From Turneriella sp. (GTDB lineage: Bacteria; Spirochaetota; Leptospiria; Turneriellales; Turneriellaceae), in NCBI GenBank assembly GCA_965279515.1, contig CBDIID010000003.1, positions 3,808,001 to 3,872,000 of the forward strand: a stretch of DNA of 64,000 bases, written 5' to 3'. Positions within the stretch are counted from its first letter, which is position 1; each line of letters starts with the position of its first letter. This document shows positions 39,540 through 50,137 of the stretch, one piece after another. A program made the position numbers and the translations under genes. The notes under the pieces are model-generated. The model searched no databases, was not told where the DNA came from, and saw nothing but the letters and a program-made list of their open reading frames with translations.

Positions 39540-40385
39540 ATGAAAACACCTCCCCAATCTGCTGATGCCGTTGCCGATCTTATCGCCGTAGCGCGCGATT
39601 TGCGGGACAAAAACGGCGGCTGCCCGTGGGATCTCGAGCAAACGCATACGAGCCTGGCAAAGCACCTGCTCGAGGAATCGAGCGAGTTGATTGAGGTTAT
39701 CGAGAAGGGCATCAGCCGCGAAAACGACGCTGAATTTAAGGAAGAACTGGGGGACGTCCTTTTCCAGGTTGTTATCCATGCGCAGCTGGCAGCGGAAGAG
39801 GGGCGCTTTACCTTTAACGATGTCGCACGCTTCATCGCCGATAAGTTGATCTCGCGCCACCCCCATGTCTATGGTAATGTTGTGGCGGATAATCCCGATC
39901 AGGTCTTGAGGAACTGGGAGGCCATCAAAGCACGCGAACGGCAGAAAAAGCAGGCGCGCACCTCTTACCTCGACGGCGTACCGAAAGCCATGGCTGCCCT
40001 GCAGCGCGCCGACAGGCTCGGAGAAAAGGCTTCGCGGACCGGCTTCGACTGGCCCAAGGGCGATGCTGGTACGAAAATGCTGCGGGACAAAGTTGCAGAA
40101 GAGCTCGCAGAACTCGACGAAGCCATCGGCGAGACTCAGGAGCGGGCCACCGAAGAAATCGGCGACCTGTTTTTTGCCCTGGCACAATATTCACGCCGCC
40201 TTGGTATTGATCCCGAAGGGGCGCTCAGGCAGGCATGCAATAAATTTGAAACACGGTTTCGCGCCATGGAAGTCGAAGCGTCGCCGGTGATTGCCGCGGG
40301 TGGCAATCTTTCAGACGCTGAGTGGGATGCCCTTTGGCGGAAAGCTAAGGGGAAGTCGGGGAATCTTCCAACCGATACATTGTGA
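39540..40385 (+). CDS. mazG: Nucleoside triphosphate pyrophosphohydrolase MazG
   Basis: GCPWD.EQT, EELGDVL, RHPHV, EEIGDLFF. Confidence 0.93.
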   Translation: MKTPPQSADAVADLIAVARDLRDKNGGCPWDLEQTHTSLAKHLLEESSELIEVIEKGISRENDAEFKEELGDVLFQVVIHAQLAAEEGRFTFNDVARFIADKLISRHPHVYGNVVADNPDQVLRNWEAIKARERQKKQARTSYLDGVPKAMAALQRADRLGEKASRTGFDWPKGDAGTKMLRDKVAEELAELDEAIGETQERATEEIGDLFFALAQYSRRLGIDPEGALRQACNKFETRFRAMEVEASPVIAAGGNLSDAEWDALWRKAKGKSGNLPTDTL

Positions 40386-40758
40386 CGATCAGACGATAGC
40401 CCGAAGTATCAAATGAGTCGTTGATGTTTTTATCCGACCATTTCCATTTACTGTCCGAGCGCGAAAATGATCCCAATAGCAGGCCGTCGGCGCCACAGTT
40501 CGCCGCTTCTACACGCAGGCGCCTCAGGATTTCAGGCCGGTCATAACCGGTACCGTATTGTATTGTGATTTCGCCTAGGTACCGGTGCTTCTGCTCTGGC
40601 AGAGAATAGCTGACGCCAATCTGCTCCGGTGTGTGTCGGGGTTCAGCGCAGCCTTTTTCAAAAATTCTTTTGTCCATGGCAAGACATCCGGTGTGCAAGA
40701 TGCAGCATGCCAGGGCCGTGATGCTGAAAATGCGGATGGTCGGTGTACGCGAAATCAT
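40345..40758 (-). CDS. Hypothetical lipoprotein
   Basis: Possible lipobox HTGC; LR.EAA.CGADG motif. Confidence 0.55.
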   Translation of the reverse strand: MISRTPTIRIFSITALACCILHTGCLAMDKRIFEKGCAEPRHTPEQIGVSYSLPEQKHRYLGEITIQYGTGYDRPEILRRLRVEAANCGADGLLLGSFSRSDSKWKWSDKNINDSFDTSGYRLIVTMYRLEDSPTSP

Positions 40759-40799
40759 CTTTCGCTTTGCGCATCCGCTCCGCGCCACACCCTGACAAT

Positions 40800-42203
40800 A
40801 TGTTAACGGGTGCGGGCCAAATTTCCGGTGACCGTGTCCTGAATGCCTTCGACCGCCTCGCCCGCATCGTTGGAAACAAAAACACCTTGCTCCCCGCAGA
40901 TTCCCGTTTCGGCGATTATCTTAAAGATGAAACTTATCTGCAGGGTAGTGCGGCATTGGTTCTGCGACCCGTTAGCCGCGACGAAGTGACTGCTGTTTTG
41001 CAGGAACTCCATGCATTGCGCCGCGAGTTACCCGGCGACAAGCATCATCTGACGCTGACGCTGCGGGGCGGCGGCAGCGGGCTTTCCGGTGCCGCTGTGC
41101 CCCAGGGTGGCATCGTACTCGATCTGATGCGCATGAACCGCATCCTGGAAATCGATGAGAGAAATTTTTTTGCGCGCGTCGAATGCGGGCGCATACTTTC
41201 TGAAATCTATGATGTCCTGGCGGATAGCCCGCTCAGCTATGCCGTCGACCCTTCTTCGTCTTCGCTCTGCACCCTGGGCGGCAGCATTGCGACCAACGCC
41301 GCCGGGCCGTCTTCGCTGAAGTACGGCACGACACGGCAGAATCTCGCGGCGCTGAGATTTCTCTCGGCTGGCGGCGAACTTGTTTCGGCCGGCGCGTTAC
41401 CAACAAAAACCTCGATGGGGTTTTCACTCACCGACCTGTTCTGTGGCAGTGAGGGCCGCTTGGGTATTATCCTCGACGCCGATATTCGCCTTATACCGCG
41501 CGCCGAAGAAACTGCGCTGATTGTTGGTTCATTTGCGGGCGAAGAGCAAGCCATGGAATTTATTCTGTCTGTGAAAAAGAACGGCGTCAGGCCCAAATGC
41601 ATCGAGATCATTGACGAATATAGCATGGAAATTGCCGGTTTCAACCTGAAAGGCGCCGCGCTGCTGATGATAGAGCTCGATGGCACAGCAGGCGAGATCG
41701 ATTCGGCCCTGGAAAATATCATGACCCTGGGAGGCCGCGTCGAATGGCTTTCGGCGCATGATGAAAAGAGCCGCGCTGCGCTCTGGGCTAAACGTAAATC
41801 CATCACAGCAGAACTCAAGAAGAGGTTCGCCTTCAAATTGGGCGAAGATGTTGCTGTGCCGCTGACTGCACTCGCCCACACGACGGCGTTTGCCCGCACC
41901 CAGGCGGCTGCCCGAAACGTCAGAACGGCAATCTGGGGGCATGCAGGCGACGGCAACCTGCATGTGAACTATTTGCTCGAAAAGGCGGATGACCTTCCGG
42001 TCTTGGATATCTTAATGAAGGAATTGGCCCACGAAGTCACCCGCGTCGGCGGCGCTGTTTCCGGGGAGCATGGCCTGGGCCGGCTCAAGAAAAAATTTGC
42101 CCGCGCGGTCTTGCCTTCTGCGTATTTTGAAATGCAGCAGCGTATTAAAAATGCGCTCGACCCTGAGCATCTGCTGAACCCCGCGCTGGAGCTGGACGCA
42201 TGA
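40800..42203 (+). CDS. FAD-binding oxidoreductase (GlcD/D-2-hydroxyacid dehydrogenase-like)
   Basis: RGGGSGLSG, GSEGRLGII, HAGDGNLH, GEHGLG, DP..LLNP. Confidence 0.9.
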   Translation: MLTGAGQISGDRVLNAFDRLARIVGNKNTLLPADSRFGDYLKDETYLQGSAALVLRPVSRDEVTAVLQELHALRRELPGDKHHLTLTLRGGGSGLSGAAVPQGGIVLDLMRMNRILEIDERNFFARVECGRILSEIYDVLADSPLSYAVDPSSSSLCTLGGSIATNAAGPSSLKYGTTRQNLAALRFLSAGGELVSAGALPTKTSMGFSLTDLFCGSEGRLGIILDADIRLIPRAEETALIVGSFAGEEQAMEFILSVKKNGVRPKCIEIIDEYSMEIAGFNLKGAALLMIELDGTAGEIDSALENIMTLGGRVEWLSAHDEKSRAALWAKRKSITAELKKRFAFKLGEDVAVPLTALAHTTAFARTQAAARNVRTAIWGHAGDGNLHVNYLLEKADDLPVLDILMKELAHEVTRVGGAVSGEHGLGRLKKKFARAVLPSAYFEMQQRIKNALDPEHLLNPALELDA

Positions 42204-43024
42204 GCGATTACAGACACGAACATGAAACTCTTCTGCCTGCCGTGCGGGAAGCAGGCAAAGCGGTGATGCAGTTTTTTACTTCGAAAAGTTACGGCGTGCA
42301 ACACAAAGATGCAGATAACCCCGTCACCGATGCCGATTTTGCCGCGAATCGTGTGCTGACGGGCGCGCTGCGCTCGCTGTTTCCGGACGATGCGATTCTC
42401 AGCGAAGAAAGTGATACTGTCGCCGAGCGCGATTATATGTCAGTCGAGCGCTTCGAAAAAAAACGTGTCTGGGTGATTGATCCCATCGATGGCACGCGTG
42501 AATTCATTAAGGGGCGCGAGCAGTTTGCCGTTTCTCTGGGGCTCGTCGAGAATGAAAAACCGGTTTTGGGTTTTATCTTTAATCCCGCGCGCGGCTATCT
42601 CATGAGCGGCGGCCCGGGGCTTGGGCTGTTTCTCGACGGTAAACCGTTCTCGCCGCCGCCGCGCACAGCATTCCATCCGCCGGAAAGTTTCCCCAAACTG
42701 GTCGTTTCGCGCAGCGAACAGAAGAACGGCCACCTGAAACATCTCGAAAAATTCTACCCCGATCTTGAAAATAATGCGCTGGGCTCCATCGCTTATAAAC
42801 TCGCACTGGTCGCTGACGGCACTTACGATCTCGCGGTTTCAGTAAAACCCAAAAACGAATGGGACATCGCCGGCGGTGCTGCGCTGCTTGCCGCGGTAGA
42901 CCTGAATCTCTGGGAAGGGAATTTTGCTCCTATGAAATTTAATAAACCGAATACGGAATCTCTGGGGCTGGTCGCAGGCACCGACGCGGCATGCGCGTGG
43001 TATAAATCGATTATTTCTTCTTAA
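42200..43024 (+). CDS. CysQ / inositol monophosphatase family protein
   Basis: PVTDAD, LSEE, IDPIDGTREF, EWDIAG. Confidence 0.88.
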   Translation: MSDYRHEHETLLPAVREAGKAVMQFFTSKSYGVQHKDADNPVTDADFAANRVLTGALRSLFPDDAILSEESDTVAERDYMSVERFEKKRVWVIDPIDGTREFIKGREQFAVSLGLVENEKPVLGFIFNPARGYLMSGGPGLGLFLDGKPFSPPPRTAFHPPESFPKLVVSRSEQKNGHLKHLEKFYPDLENNALGSIAYKLALVADGTYDLAVSVKPKNEWDIAGGAALLAAVDLNLWEGNFAPMKFNKPNTESLGLVAGTDAACAWYKSIISS

Positions 43025-43874
43025 AGAACTTAAAGTACATCGTCTCAAAAAACCAGTAGACGACCAGAAACAGCCGGTGCCAGCGATACGGTTTATTGAT
43101 CGTACGCCACAGCCAGGTGTATCCTGCGGCGGCCATAAAGATCGGCGCCTTTTTCTTCGTGCCCGCTAGCGTGTCGAAGGCACCGCCGACGTTGACGATA
43201 ATCAGGTCACCCAGCTGCGAGCGGTTCTCTTCGATCCAGCGCATGCCACGATGATAGCCCATGCCGACGAAAAGAATATGCGGATCGGTCTTGCGCACTG
43301 CTTCCAATACGCGCCCTGCCACGGGCCCCTTCAGGTAACCATTATGGCGGCCGACGATTCTCAGGCCGGCGAATGAACGGCGAAAGTTGGTATAGAGTTT
43401 TTCCAGAACCTCGTCGCGTGAACCCAAAAGGAAAACCGTATATTCCTTCGCGTGGGCGATCCGAATCAGGTTCATCGCATACGCGACGGTGGAAATCAGT
43501 TCGGGAAGAGGGTGCTTCAGCGCGCGCGCCATGTAGAGCATGCCCGAGCCGTCGGGCAGGTTGATGAAGGCGTCGTTCGCCATCGCCAGCATGCGCTTGC
43601 GGAAACGCACCCAGACATAGCGGTAGGGATCAAAAGGGAAAACCAGCTGCGGCCCGAACTGGCCGCTCGACTTACTCTTCTTCTCGCGCATCTGGTCGAG
43701 CCGGTGGATCGAGTGCGCGACCAAATCTGCTGAGCTCGCCTGGTAAAATGGTATTTTGCCGAGGTAAACCCGACGCGCTGCTAACAGCGAGGTATCGATA
43801 TTCTTATATTCGAGAATTGGGTCTGAATCGTCCTTATTGGTCAGAACGGGGTCGAGCGTGAAGTCATTTCTCAT
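43011..43874 (-). CDS. WecB/TagA/CpsF family glycosyltransferase
   Basis: PDGSG, FLLG, G.HNGY, VGGAFD, W.WR motifs. Confidence 0.85.
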   Translation of the reverse strand: MRNDFTLDPVLTNKDDSDPILEYKNIDTSLLAARRVYLGKIPFYQASSADLVAHSIHRLDQMREKKSKSSGQFGPQLVFPFDPYRYVWVRFRKRMLAMANDAFINLPDGSGMLYMARALKHPLPELISTVAYAMNLIRIAHAKEYTVFLLGSRDEVLEKLYTNFRRSFAGLRIVGRHNGYLKGPVAGRVLEAVRKTDPHILFVGMGYHRGMRWIEENRSQLGDLIIVNVGGAFDTLAGTKKKAPIFMAAAGYTWLWRTINKPYRWHRLFLVVYWFFETMYFKFFKKK

Positions 43875-44117
43875 GGTGCGGCGTGCAGCAAAATTATGTC
43901 GCTTTTCAGCGGGCAGGCGAACTGAACACGGTGTCAATAACTATGGGGATTTTCAGCATTGCTGGAAGGGGTTGCGCGGCCTGCCGCGTACCCCAGAAGG
44001 TAAAAATCTCTTTAGCAATCCACTAATAGGGACGACTATTTACTTAGGCCAAGGATGGCCTAATTTATGGGCGTGTCTAATTGTTTTTAGGCACCTCCAC
44101 GTTACAAGGAAGTAACT

Positions 44118-44303
44118 ATGGCTCGGAGACTCGCCAATAAGGGCAGGCGGAATTTGCCCAAAACGACAGAACTCGGACGGAAGTCATTTTCCTCGACCGA
44201 GGCACGGATTACCGAATATAAACAGCGGATCCGTGACAGGGATTACCTCGATTTCGCCATCGACCGCATCGCTATCGAACTCACCCACTTTTTGACAAAG
44301 TAA
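44118..44303 (+). CDS. Small hypothetical protein
   Basis: SD-like AAGGAAG upstream; stop overlaps the cysE start (TAATG). Confidence 0.6.
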   Translation: MARRLANKGRRNLPKTTELGRKSFSSTEARITEYKQRIRDRDYLDFAIDRIAIELTHFLTK

Positions 44304-45136
44304 TGGCAGAGTCGCTCTACGCCAAGGTCCGCGCCCGTAGCAGTGACTTTGCCCATACTCTGCCCAACAAAAAAGAAGCCGGCAGTTTTATCCGTGACCT
44401 TTTAGACCTGCTCTTTGCGCACAGCCACGAGACCCAGAAAAAAGCTGCACCCGAGTGGGATGCGGATCTTAAAAACTATGAAAAGGCTTTGTGCTCCTTA
44501 TTAATCCCTTTTACCAATGAAACTCAGGCCGCCGCAATCAGCGCGTCTTTTTTTTATACCGAATTGCCTGCGCTCTACGATGTGCTTTGGCAAGACGCTG
44601 AAGCGGCGTATGCGGGGGACCCCGCGGCGCAGAACATTCAGGAAGTCGTGCTGGCTTACCCGGGTTTTTACGCAGTCGCCGTCTACCGTATCGCCCACTT
44701 CCTCTATTCGCTGAATATTCCGACATTGCCCCGCCTGTTCAGTGAGCATGCGCATGAGAAAACCGGCATCGACATCCATCCTGGCGCAAAAATCGGCCGG
44801 TCTTTTTTTATGGATCATGGTACCGGCATCGTTATCGGCGGCACGAGTATTATCGCCGACAACGTCAAAATTTACCAGGGTGTGACACTCGGAGCGCTCT
44901 CCGTAGACAAGAATCTCGCCAGCACCAAGAGGCATCCCACCATCGAAGAGGGTGTTGTGATTTATGCGGGGGCGACAATTCTGGGTGGTGAGACTGTGAT
45001 CGGCCGCCATTCGGTGATCGGTGGCAATACCTGGCTTGTCGAGAGTGTGCCCGCGTTCTCGGTGGTTTACCACAAAAGCGAAGTGCGCGTGCGGCCTTCG
45101 AAAGAAATTTCCAGCGTTATTGATTTTTCAATCTAA
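44303..45136 (+). CDS. cysE: Serine O-acetyltransferase
   Basis: GDPAA, YPGF, TGIDIHPGA, DHGTG, YQGVTLGA, KRHPT. Confidence 0.92.
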   Translation: MAESLYAKVRARSSDFAHTLPNKKEAGSFIRDLLDLLFAHSHETQKKAAPEWDADLKNYEKALCSLLIPFTNETQAAAISASFFYTELPALYDVLWQDAEAAYAGDPAAQNIQEVVLAYPGFYAVAVYRIAHFLYSLNIPTLPRLFSEHAHEKTGIDIHPGAKIGRSFFMDHGTGIVIGGTSIIADNVKIYQGVTLGALSVDKNLASTKRHPTIEEGVVIYAGATILGGETVIGRHSVIGGNTWLVESVPAFSVVYHKSEVRVRPSKEISSVIDFSI

Positions 45137-46842
45137 GCGGGGTCGTCCGGCACTTCACGGCCGATCACAACCATCGCCTGCCTGCCCTCGTACGTGATGA
45201 CAAAGCCTGTCGATTCCACTGTGATGACCTTGCCGTCGATGCGGATGACCTTACGCTTGAAGGGCGGCAGTTTCGCGTCAGGCCCTTGCTGCATCAGTTT
45301 CTGAATCCGTTCGACTGCTTCTGACCTCGAATCGGGGTGGGTAAAATCGACGCCGTTGCGGCCGATGAGCTCTGCCGGCGTCGCTGCACCCATCATCCTT
45401 GCCCCGGCGGGATTCGTATAGATGACAAATCCGGATTGGTGGATGATGATACTGTCGCCGACTTCTTCGACGATTTTCCGGAATCTTTCTTCGCTTTCGT
45501 GCAGGGCCTGTTCGGTTTTACGGTTTCCTGAGATGTCGGTAATCATCGCGAGCGCACCGGTAATATTGCCTTCGATATCGGTGATCGGGTTTGTGCTCGC
45601 CAGAGTCCAGATCTCGTGCCCTTCCTTGTGCTCGAGGGCAAATTCATGTGCTTCCTGGATACCCGCATTGCGGCGTGCGAGAAGAGCTATCGCCGCTTCT
45701 CGCCGCGCCGGTTTCATGAAATCTGTGAACGGTTTGCCGTACATCGTCGCCGAAGTGTAGCCAAGCATCTCTGCCATACGGCGGTTGACGAATGTCGTTT
45801 TGCCTTGCGTGTCGATCGTCCAGACGCCTTCTTCTGCCGTTTCGACGAGTCTTTGGAAATCGATCGACGTACGAGTCAGGGCGACATCCGATTGGCGCCG
45901 CCGCGTTTCTTCGTTGCGGTAGGCCTCGAGCGTGTCTGAGAGTTTTTGCATCGTCGTGCGCCGCTCGTTGAACGTCGTCGCGAGGGCCATGCCCACGGTC
46001 GAGAGCGTGACGAGGAACATCCAGATATTGGCGAAGTCATAGGGCTTGTTGAAATGGTTGGAGACAGAAAACGTGGCATACGTGCCGATGATCGACTGCG
46101 TCACGATAATCGTTGTGACGACCAGTGTCGCATGACGGCCGAAGCGTACCGCCGCCCACGAGACGAAAATAAATGCGACGAATGAACGCGGATAAGCGCC
46201 GAAAAACCCTGTCGAACCTTCGAGAAAAATTTTTCCGCCGATGAAGGTCAGGGCGATACCGGCGAGCGCTTCGGCGATGCGCTTTTTGTTGAACCAGCCA
46301 TAGGGTAGTTTACGCCAGATGAGAATCAGCGGTGTGATGAGAATAATACCGAGCGAGCCACCCATCCACCAGGTCTGTACATGGTAGAAAAACGGTACGG
46401 GCGAAAAGGTCAGGTATTGTATCGCTGCTGCGGCGATGAAGCTACCAGGTATCGGCACCAGCACGCCGGTCACCAGTATCAACATAATATAGTCTTTCGC
46501 GCGTGAAAGCTGGATGTCAATCGGCGTGAGGCGCGTGACGAAAAACCATGCCATCAGGGTTTCGAGCGCGTTGGCGGCAGCATAGATACCCCTGAGTTTC
46601 CAGGGAATCTGATTGAAGTGTCCTGAGATGAGGGCGGCGACGAGCACAACGGGCACATACCGCGGACCGCCGATCAGCACTGCTGCGATGCCAAGCCCGC
46701 TGGCGGGCCAGAAGATCGTGCTAAGCCCGGTCTCGGAAAAAAAATGCAGCGCCGCGACGCTGCAGGCGACATAGACGGCGATGAAGGCTGCCATGCGCGC
46801 AGCTTCAGCCGCAATGGATTTCAGATCGGCTTTTTTCTCCAT
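45133..46842 (-). CDS. MASE1-PAS-PAS sensor protein lacking an output domain
   Basis: FWPASG MASE1 motif and many TM segments, two PAS domains, stop directly after the last PAS. Confidence 0.8.
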   Translation of the reverse strand: MEKKADLKSIAAEAARMAAFIAVYVACSVAALHFFSETGLSTIFWPASGLGIAAVLIGGPRYVPVVLVAALISGHFNQIPWKLRGIYAAANALETLMAWFFVTRLTPIDIQLSRAKDYIMLILVTGVLVPIPGSFIAAAAIQYLTFSPVPFFYHVQTWWMGGSLGIILITPLILIWRKLPYGWFNKKRIAEALAGIALTFIGGKIFLEGSTGFFGAYPRSFVAFIFVSWAAVRFGRHATLVVTTIIVTQSIIGTYATFSVSNHFNKPYDFANIWMFLVTLSTVGMALATTFNERRTTMQKLSDTLEAYRNEETRRRQSDVALTRTSIDFQRLVETAEEGVWTIDTQGKTTFVNRRMAEMLGYTSATMYGKPFTDFMKPARREAAIALLARRNAGIQEAHEFALEHKEGHEIWTLASTNPITDIEGNITGALAMITDISGNRKTEQALHESEERFRKIVEEVGDSIIIHQSGFVIYTNPAGARMMGAATPAELIGRNGVDFTHPDSRSEAVERIQKLMQQGPDAKLPPFKRKVIRIDGKVITVESTGFVITYEGRQAMVVIGREVPDDPA

Positions 46843-46961
46843 TACCGATCGGCAGCGTATTAGAGACAAGCAAAGGGTAAAGGGAAAATAGAGTGGTTTG
46901 ATGACCCAAACCAAATTCTCGAATTGCTTGCCGTGCATGCCGTACGGGTAAGATTGACCCG

Positions 46962-47801
46962 ATGAAAATCCACCATCTGCAGACGGCTAGTTTTTGCCCG
47001 TATGGCGGTCCGCTGCTGCATGACCGGGGACTCACCGGCGGCGACGCCCACCTCATCTGCCATTCGCTGCTGATTGAGACGAATGACGGCCTGGTGCTCA
47101 TCGATACCGGCTTTGGCATCGACGACCTGAACGACCCCAAAGAGCGCCTGCCGGGCCCGTTTCTGGCGCTCATGAATGTGAAGTGGGATCTAAAACTTAC
47201 CGCGGCCCAGCAGGTCGAGGCGCTGGGTTTTAAGCGCAGCGACGTACGCCACATTATTCCGACACACCTCGATCTCGACCATGCCGGCGGCATGCCCGAT
47301 TTCCCGAAGGCGCAGGTGCACATTTACGAAGACGAATACCTCGCCGCGATGCAGCCGCAGACGCTGAATGAGAAACAACGTTACCGCCAGGTGCACTGGC
47401 GCCACCTGCCCGACTGGCAGCGCTATAATCTCGAAGGCGAGTCGTGGTTCGGTTTTCCCGCGGTGCGTCCGCTCCTGGGCGCCGGCAAAGAAGAAATTCT
47501 GCTGATTCCCGTCACCGGGCATACGCGCGGGCATACGGCGATTGCCGTGAAAGGCGAGCATGGCTGGCTCATGCATTGCGGCGACGCCTATTTCCATAAG
47601 GGCCAGGTCGATTTAGAACACGAGCACTGCCCGATCGGTCTCGATATTTTCCAGCGCTTCATGGCGGTCGACAATGAAGCGCGCGTCGAGAATCTCACGC
47701 GGCTGCGTGAACTCAAGCGCAACCATAACCATGAAATCGAACTTTTTAGCGCGCACGACAAAGACGAATTCGAACGTCTGGCCGCGCGCGCGGCGGTTTA
47801 A
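46962..47801 (+). CDS. Metallo-beta-lactamase fold hydrolase
   Basis: IDTGFG, THLDLDHAGG, GHTRGH, GDAY. Confidence 0.9.
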   Translation: MKIHHLQTASFCPYGGPLLHDRGLTGGDAHLICHSLLIETNDGLVLIDTGFGIDDLNDPKERLPGPFLALMNVKWDLKLTAAQQVEALGFKRSDVRHIIPTHLDLDHAGGMPDFPKAQVHIYEDEYLAAMQPQTLNEKQRYRQVHWRHLPDWQRYNLEGESWFGFPAVRPLLGAGKEEILLIPVTGHTRGHTAIAVKGEHGWLMHCGDAYFHKGQVDLEHEHCPIGLDIFQRFMAVDNEARVENLTRLRELKRNHNHEIELFSAHDKDEFERLAARAAV

Positions 47802-47803
47802 AA

Positions 47804-48622
47804 TTGGATAGCCGCGCGCTACAGCGTTCGGTCAACGAATTCTTCAACAAACGTTTTCCCAATTCGGGTTTTACCAAATTCCTTTTGGGCCTCGCCGACT
47901 ATGCGTGGTTTGCGCGCAAGGTGTTCCAGTCGGCGCTGCACCTCAGAGGCAAGCACCTGGACACCTTTATCCGTGTCGTGATCAACCAGGTGCGCTTCAC
48001 CGGCGCACAGGCATTGCCGATGTTATCGATCATCGCGCTTTCTATCGGCGGCACGACGATCATCCAGGCGATCACATTCTTGCCGAAACTCGGGCAAGAT
48101 AACTTTATCGGCAATCTTTTACGCCTCGTCATTATCCGCGAAGTCGGCCCGCTACTCACCGCCATCATTGTACTGGCGCGTTCAGGCTCCGCGATCACCG
48201 CAGAGATGTGCACACAGAAAATGCACCGCGAAATCGAATCGATGGAGATGATGGGCATCAATCCCTACCTTATCATGGTATTGCCGCGGCTGGCAGGCGG
48301 TGTGATCTCGCTCGTTCTATTGATTTCTTATTTTGACACGATTGCGATTATCGGTGGTTACCTGATTTCCCTGCTCTTCACCTCATTCCCATTTTCAGAA
48401 TTTGTCGATCATATTGCGCGTTCGATGACGATGACCGATGTACTCTCGACCTTCGTCAAGGCGGTGCTCTCGGGAATGGTGATTCCTCTCACCTGCACCT
48501 ATTACGGCTTCAAACCCGAATCGTTGTTCCAGATTCCGATCTATGTCTCGAAAGCGGTCATCCGCAGTCTGTTCATCGTCTTTTTGCTGAATGCGTTTAT
48601 TTCTGTACTGCTATACCTATGA
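47804..48622 (+). CDS. MlaE-family ABC transporter permease
   Basis: REVGPLLTA...RSGSAITAE, MGINP...LPR. Confidence 0.88.
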   Translation: MDSRALQRSVNEFFNKRFPNSGFTKFLLGLADYAWFARKVFQSALHLRGKHLDTFIRVVINQVRFTGAQALPMLSIIALSIGGTTIIQAITFLPKLGQDNFIGNLLRLVIIREVGPLLTAIIVLARSGSAITAEMCTQKMHREIESMEMMGINPYLIMVLPRLAGGVISLVLLISYFDTIAIIGGYLISLLFTSFPFSEFVDHIARSMTMTDVLSTFVKAVLSGMVIPLTCTYYGFKPESLFQIPIYVSKAVIRSLFIVFLLNAFISVLLYL

Positions 48623-49188
48623 GCTTTTTTGCTGCGAGATATTTCAGGGTGGGATTTCTCACCTTGCTGTATTCCGGCGCCGTTCTTCACGCGGCGCCCG
48701 CGGCACAGTACCAGCCAAAGGACCAGGTGCAGCCGGCTTCACCGCTGAAGATTGCCGCACTCGATTTTCTGCTGCCGGGTTATGGTACCTATACACAGAA
48801 TAAGACCGGTTTCGCCGCGGCCTACTTCAGCGCCAATATCGCCAATCTGGCCCTGATCTACATTGCTTACCGCAACTGGCGCTTTTACGAATCGGCTTAC
48901 CAGGCCGCGGCCACACGTCAGGCAATGGAACCCGATAAATTGTTTTTTCAGGACCCCTCGGGCGGCGATTCGTATTTGTCGTTGCAGGATATCAAGAACC
49001 GCGCGGATCGCGGTCAGTTATTTTTTGCCTTGTCGATTATTGCCAATGTCGCGATCCGCAGTCTCAGCGCATGGCATAGCTGGTCGCTCGCCGACGAAGC
49101 CGCGACAAAATCAGGGCCGCGCTACGAGTTTTATCCCGATGGCGCAACCGGATTCAAATCGCAGCTGGGTTATCAGCTGAGTTTTTAA
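48619..49188 (+). CDS. Hypothetical exported/membrane protein
   Basis: Signal-like N-terminus, LLPGYG motif, C-terminal YQLSF. Confidence 0.6.
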   Translation: MSFFAARYFRVGFLTLLYSGAVLHAAPAAQYQPKDQVQPASPLKIAALDFLLPGYGTYTQNKTGFAAAYFSANIANLALIYIAYRNWRFYESAYQAAATRQAMEPDKLFFQDPSGGDSYLSLQDIKNRADRGQLFFALSIIANVAIRSLSAWHSWSLADEAATKSGPRYEFYPDGATGFKSQLGYQLSF

Positions 49189-49198
49189 GCGGGGTTCT

Positions 49199-49221
49199 AA
49201 AAGGGTACGCAGTACCCCTTT
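49199..49221. terminator. Hairpin between convergent genes (possible bidirectional terminator)
   Basis: AAAAGGGTAC-GCA-GTACCCCTTT. Confidence 0.5.
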
Positions 49222-49228
49222 CAGATTC

Positions 49229-50137
49229 TTACTGATTCGCTTTCGCGTTCGATGCCATTGTCAGGTAGTATGCTTGCACATCATACCAAGTTTGGCCTGT
49301 ACCCGCAAAGTTTGTCGCTTGCAGGTGGTCTATCCCCGTCGTCAGAATACCGTAAGAAGGGCCACCCTTCCATGTACCCCACTGCTGTGATGATAACGGT
49401 ACGACACCGTCGTTGTCGCCACCCTGACCGTTGAACACACCGCCTGTCCAGGTGATCGGGTAGGTGATGCCCATGAGCGGATGCTGGATCAGATCGGGCA
49501 GGGTAATCTTCGAGCCGTAAGAAAAATATTTCACCGCCGCATTGTTCGGGTTGGCGGCGTTGAGGGCATTGGCATTCGCCACGGTCAGAGAAGCCGCCAT
49601 TGCAATGACATCCTGCCTGGTTTTGCCGTAGACTATTTGCGAAATTACGTTCACGACCACGTTGACTGACGGTTGCAGCCAGGTCGGAACCACGGCGAGC
49701 GCAATATCAGCCACCGGTGTGCCGCGGTTAACGCCGTTGATGGTGGTTACCGACGCGACTTTTGAAGCCATGCCCAGCGAACTCACCATGTAGCGTGAAA
49801 CCAGCGCGCCCTGCGAATGGGCGATAATGTTTACTTTAGTATAACCGTTTGCGGCAATCCAGCTATTAATCTGGTTTTTCTGGTCGAGCGCACGGTTTGA
49901 AACCGATTGAATCGGGTTGGTGCCCGGTGTCAGAACCGCCGCGCCCTGATCGCGCAGGTACTGGTCCATGCCGCCCCAGTATTTTATTGCGCCGCCGAGA
50001 AGTCCCTTGGTATCGTCGAAGCCCAGAATGCCGTGCGACAGAACGATGGGGTAAGAACCCTGCAATGGCTTAGATGAACTGCCCGAACCTGCCCACACAT
50101 AGCCGGTAGCTAATAAAGAAAGGATAAGATATCTCAT
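49229..50137 (-). CDS. Secreted triacylglycerol lipase (alpha/beta hydrolase)
   Basis: YPIVLSHG, AHSQG nucleophile elbow, NDGVVP, IDH. Confidence 0.9.
   Translation of the reverse strand: MRYLILSLLATGYVWAGSGSSSKPLQGSYPIVLSHGILGFDDTKGLLGGAIKYWGGMDQYLRDQGAAVLTPGTNPIQSVSNRALDQKNQINSWIAANGYTKVNIIAHSQGALVSRYMVSSLGMASKVASVTTINGVNRGTPVADIALAVVPTWLQPSVNVVVNVISQIVYGKTRQDVIAMAASLTVANANALNAANPNNAAVKYFSYGSKITLPDLIQHPLMGITYPITWTGGVFNGQGGDNDGVVPLSSQQWGTWKGGPSYGILTTGIDHLQATNFAGTGQTWYDVQAYYLTMASNAKANQ

Noticed and set aside
47804..48622. Lone mlaE as a novel transporter
   Set aside because: Partner mla genes may simply lie elsewhere in the genome; nothing here supports novelty
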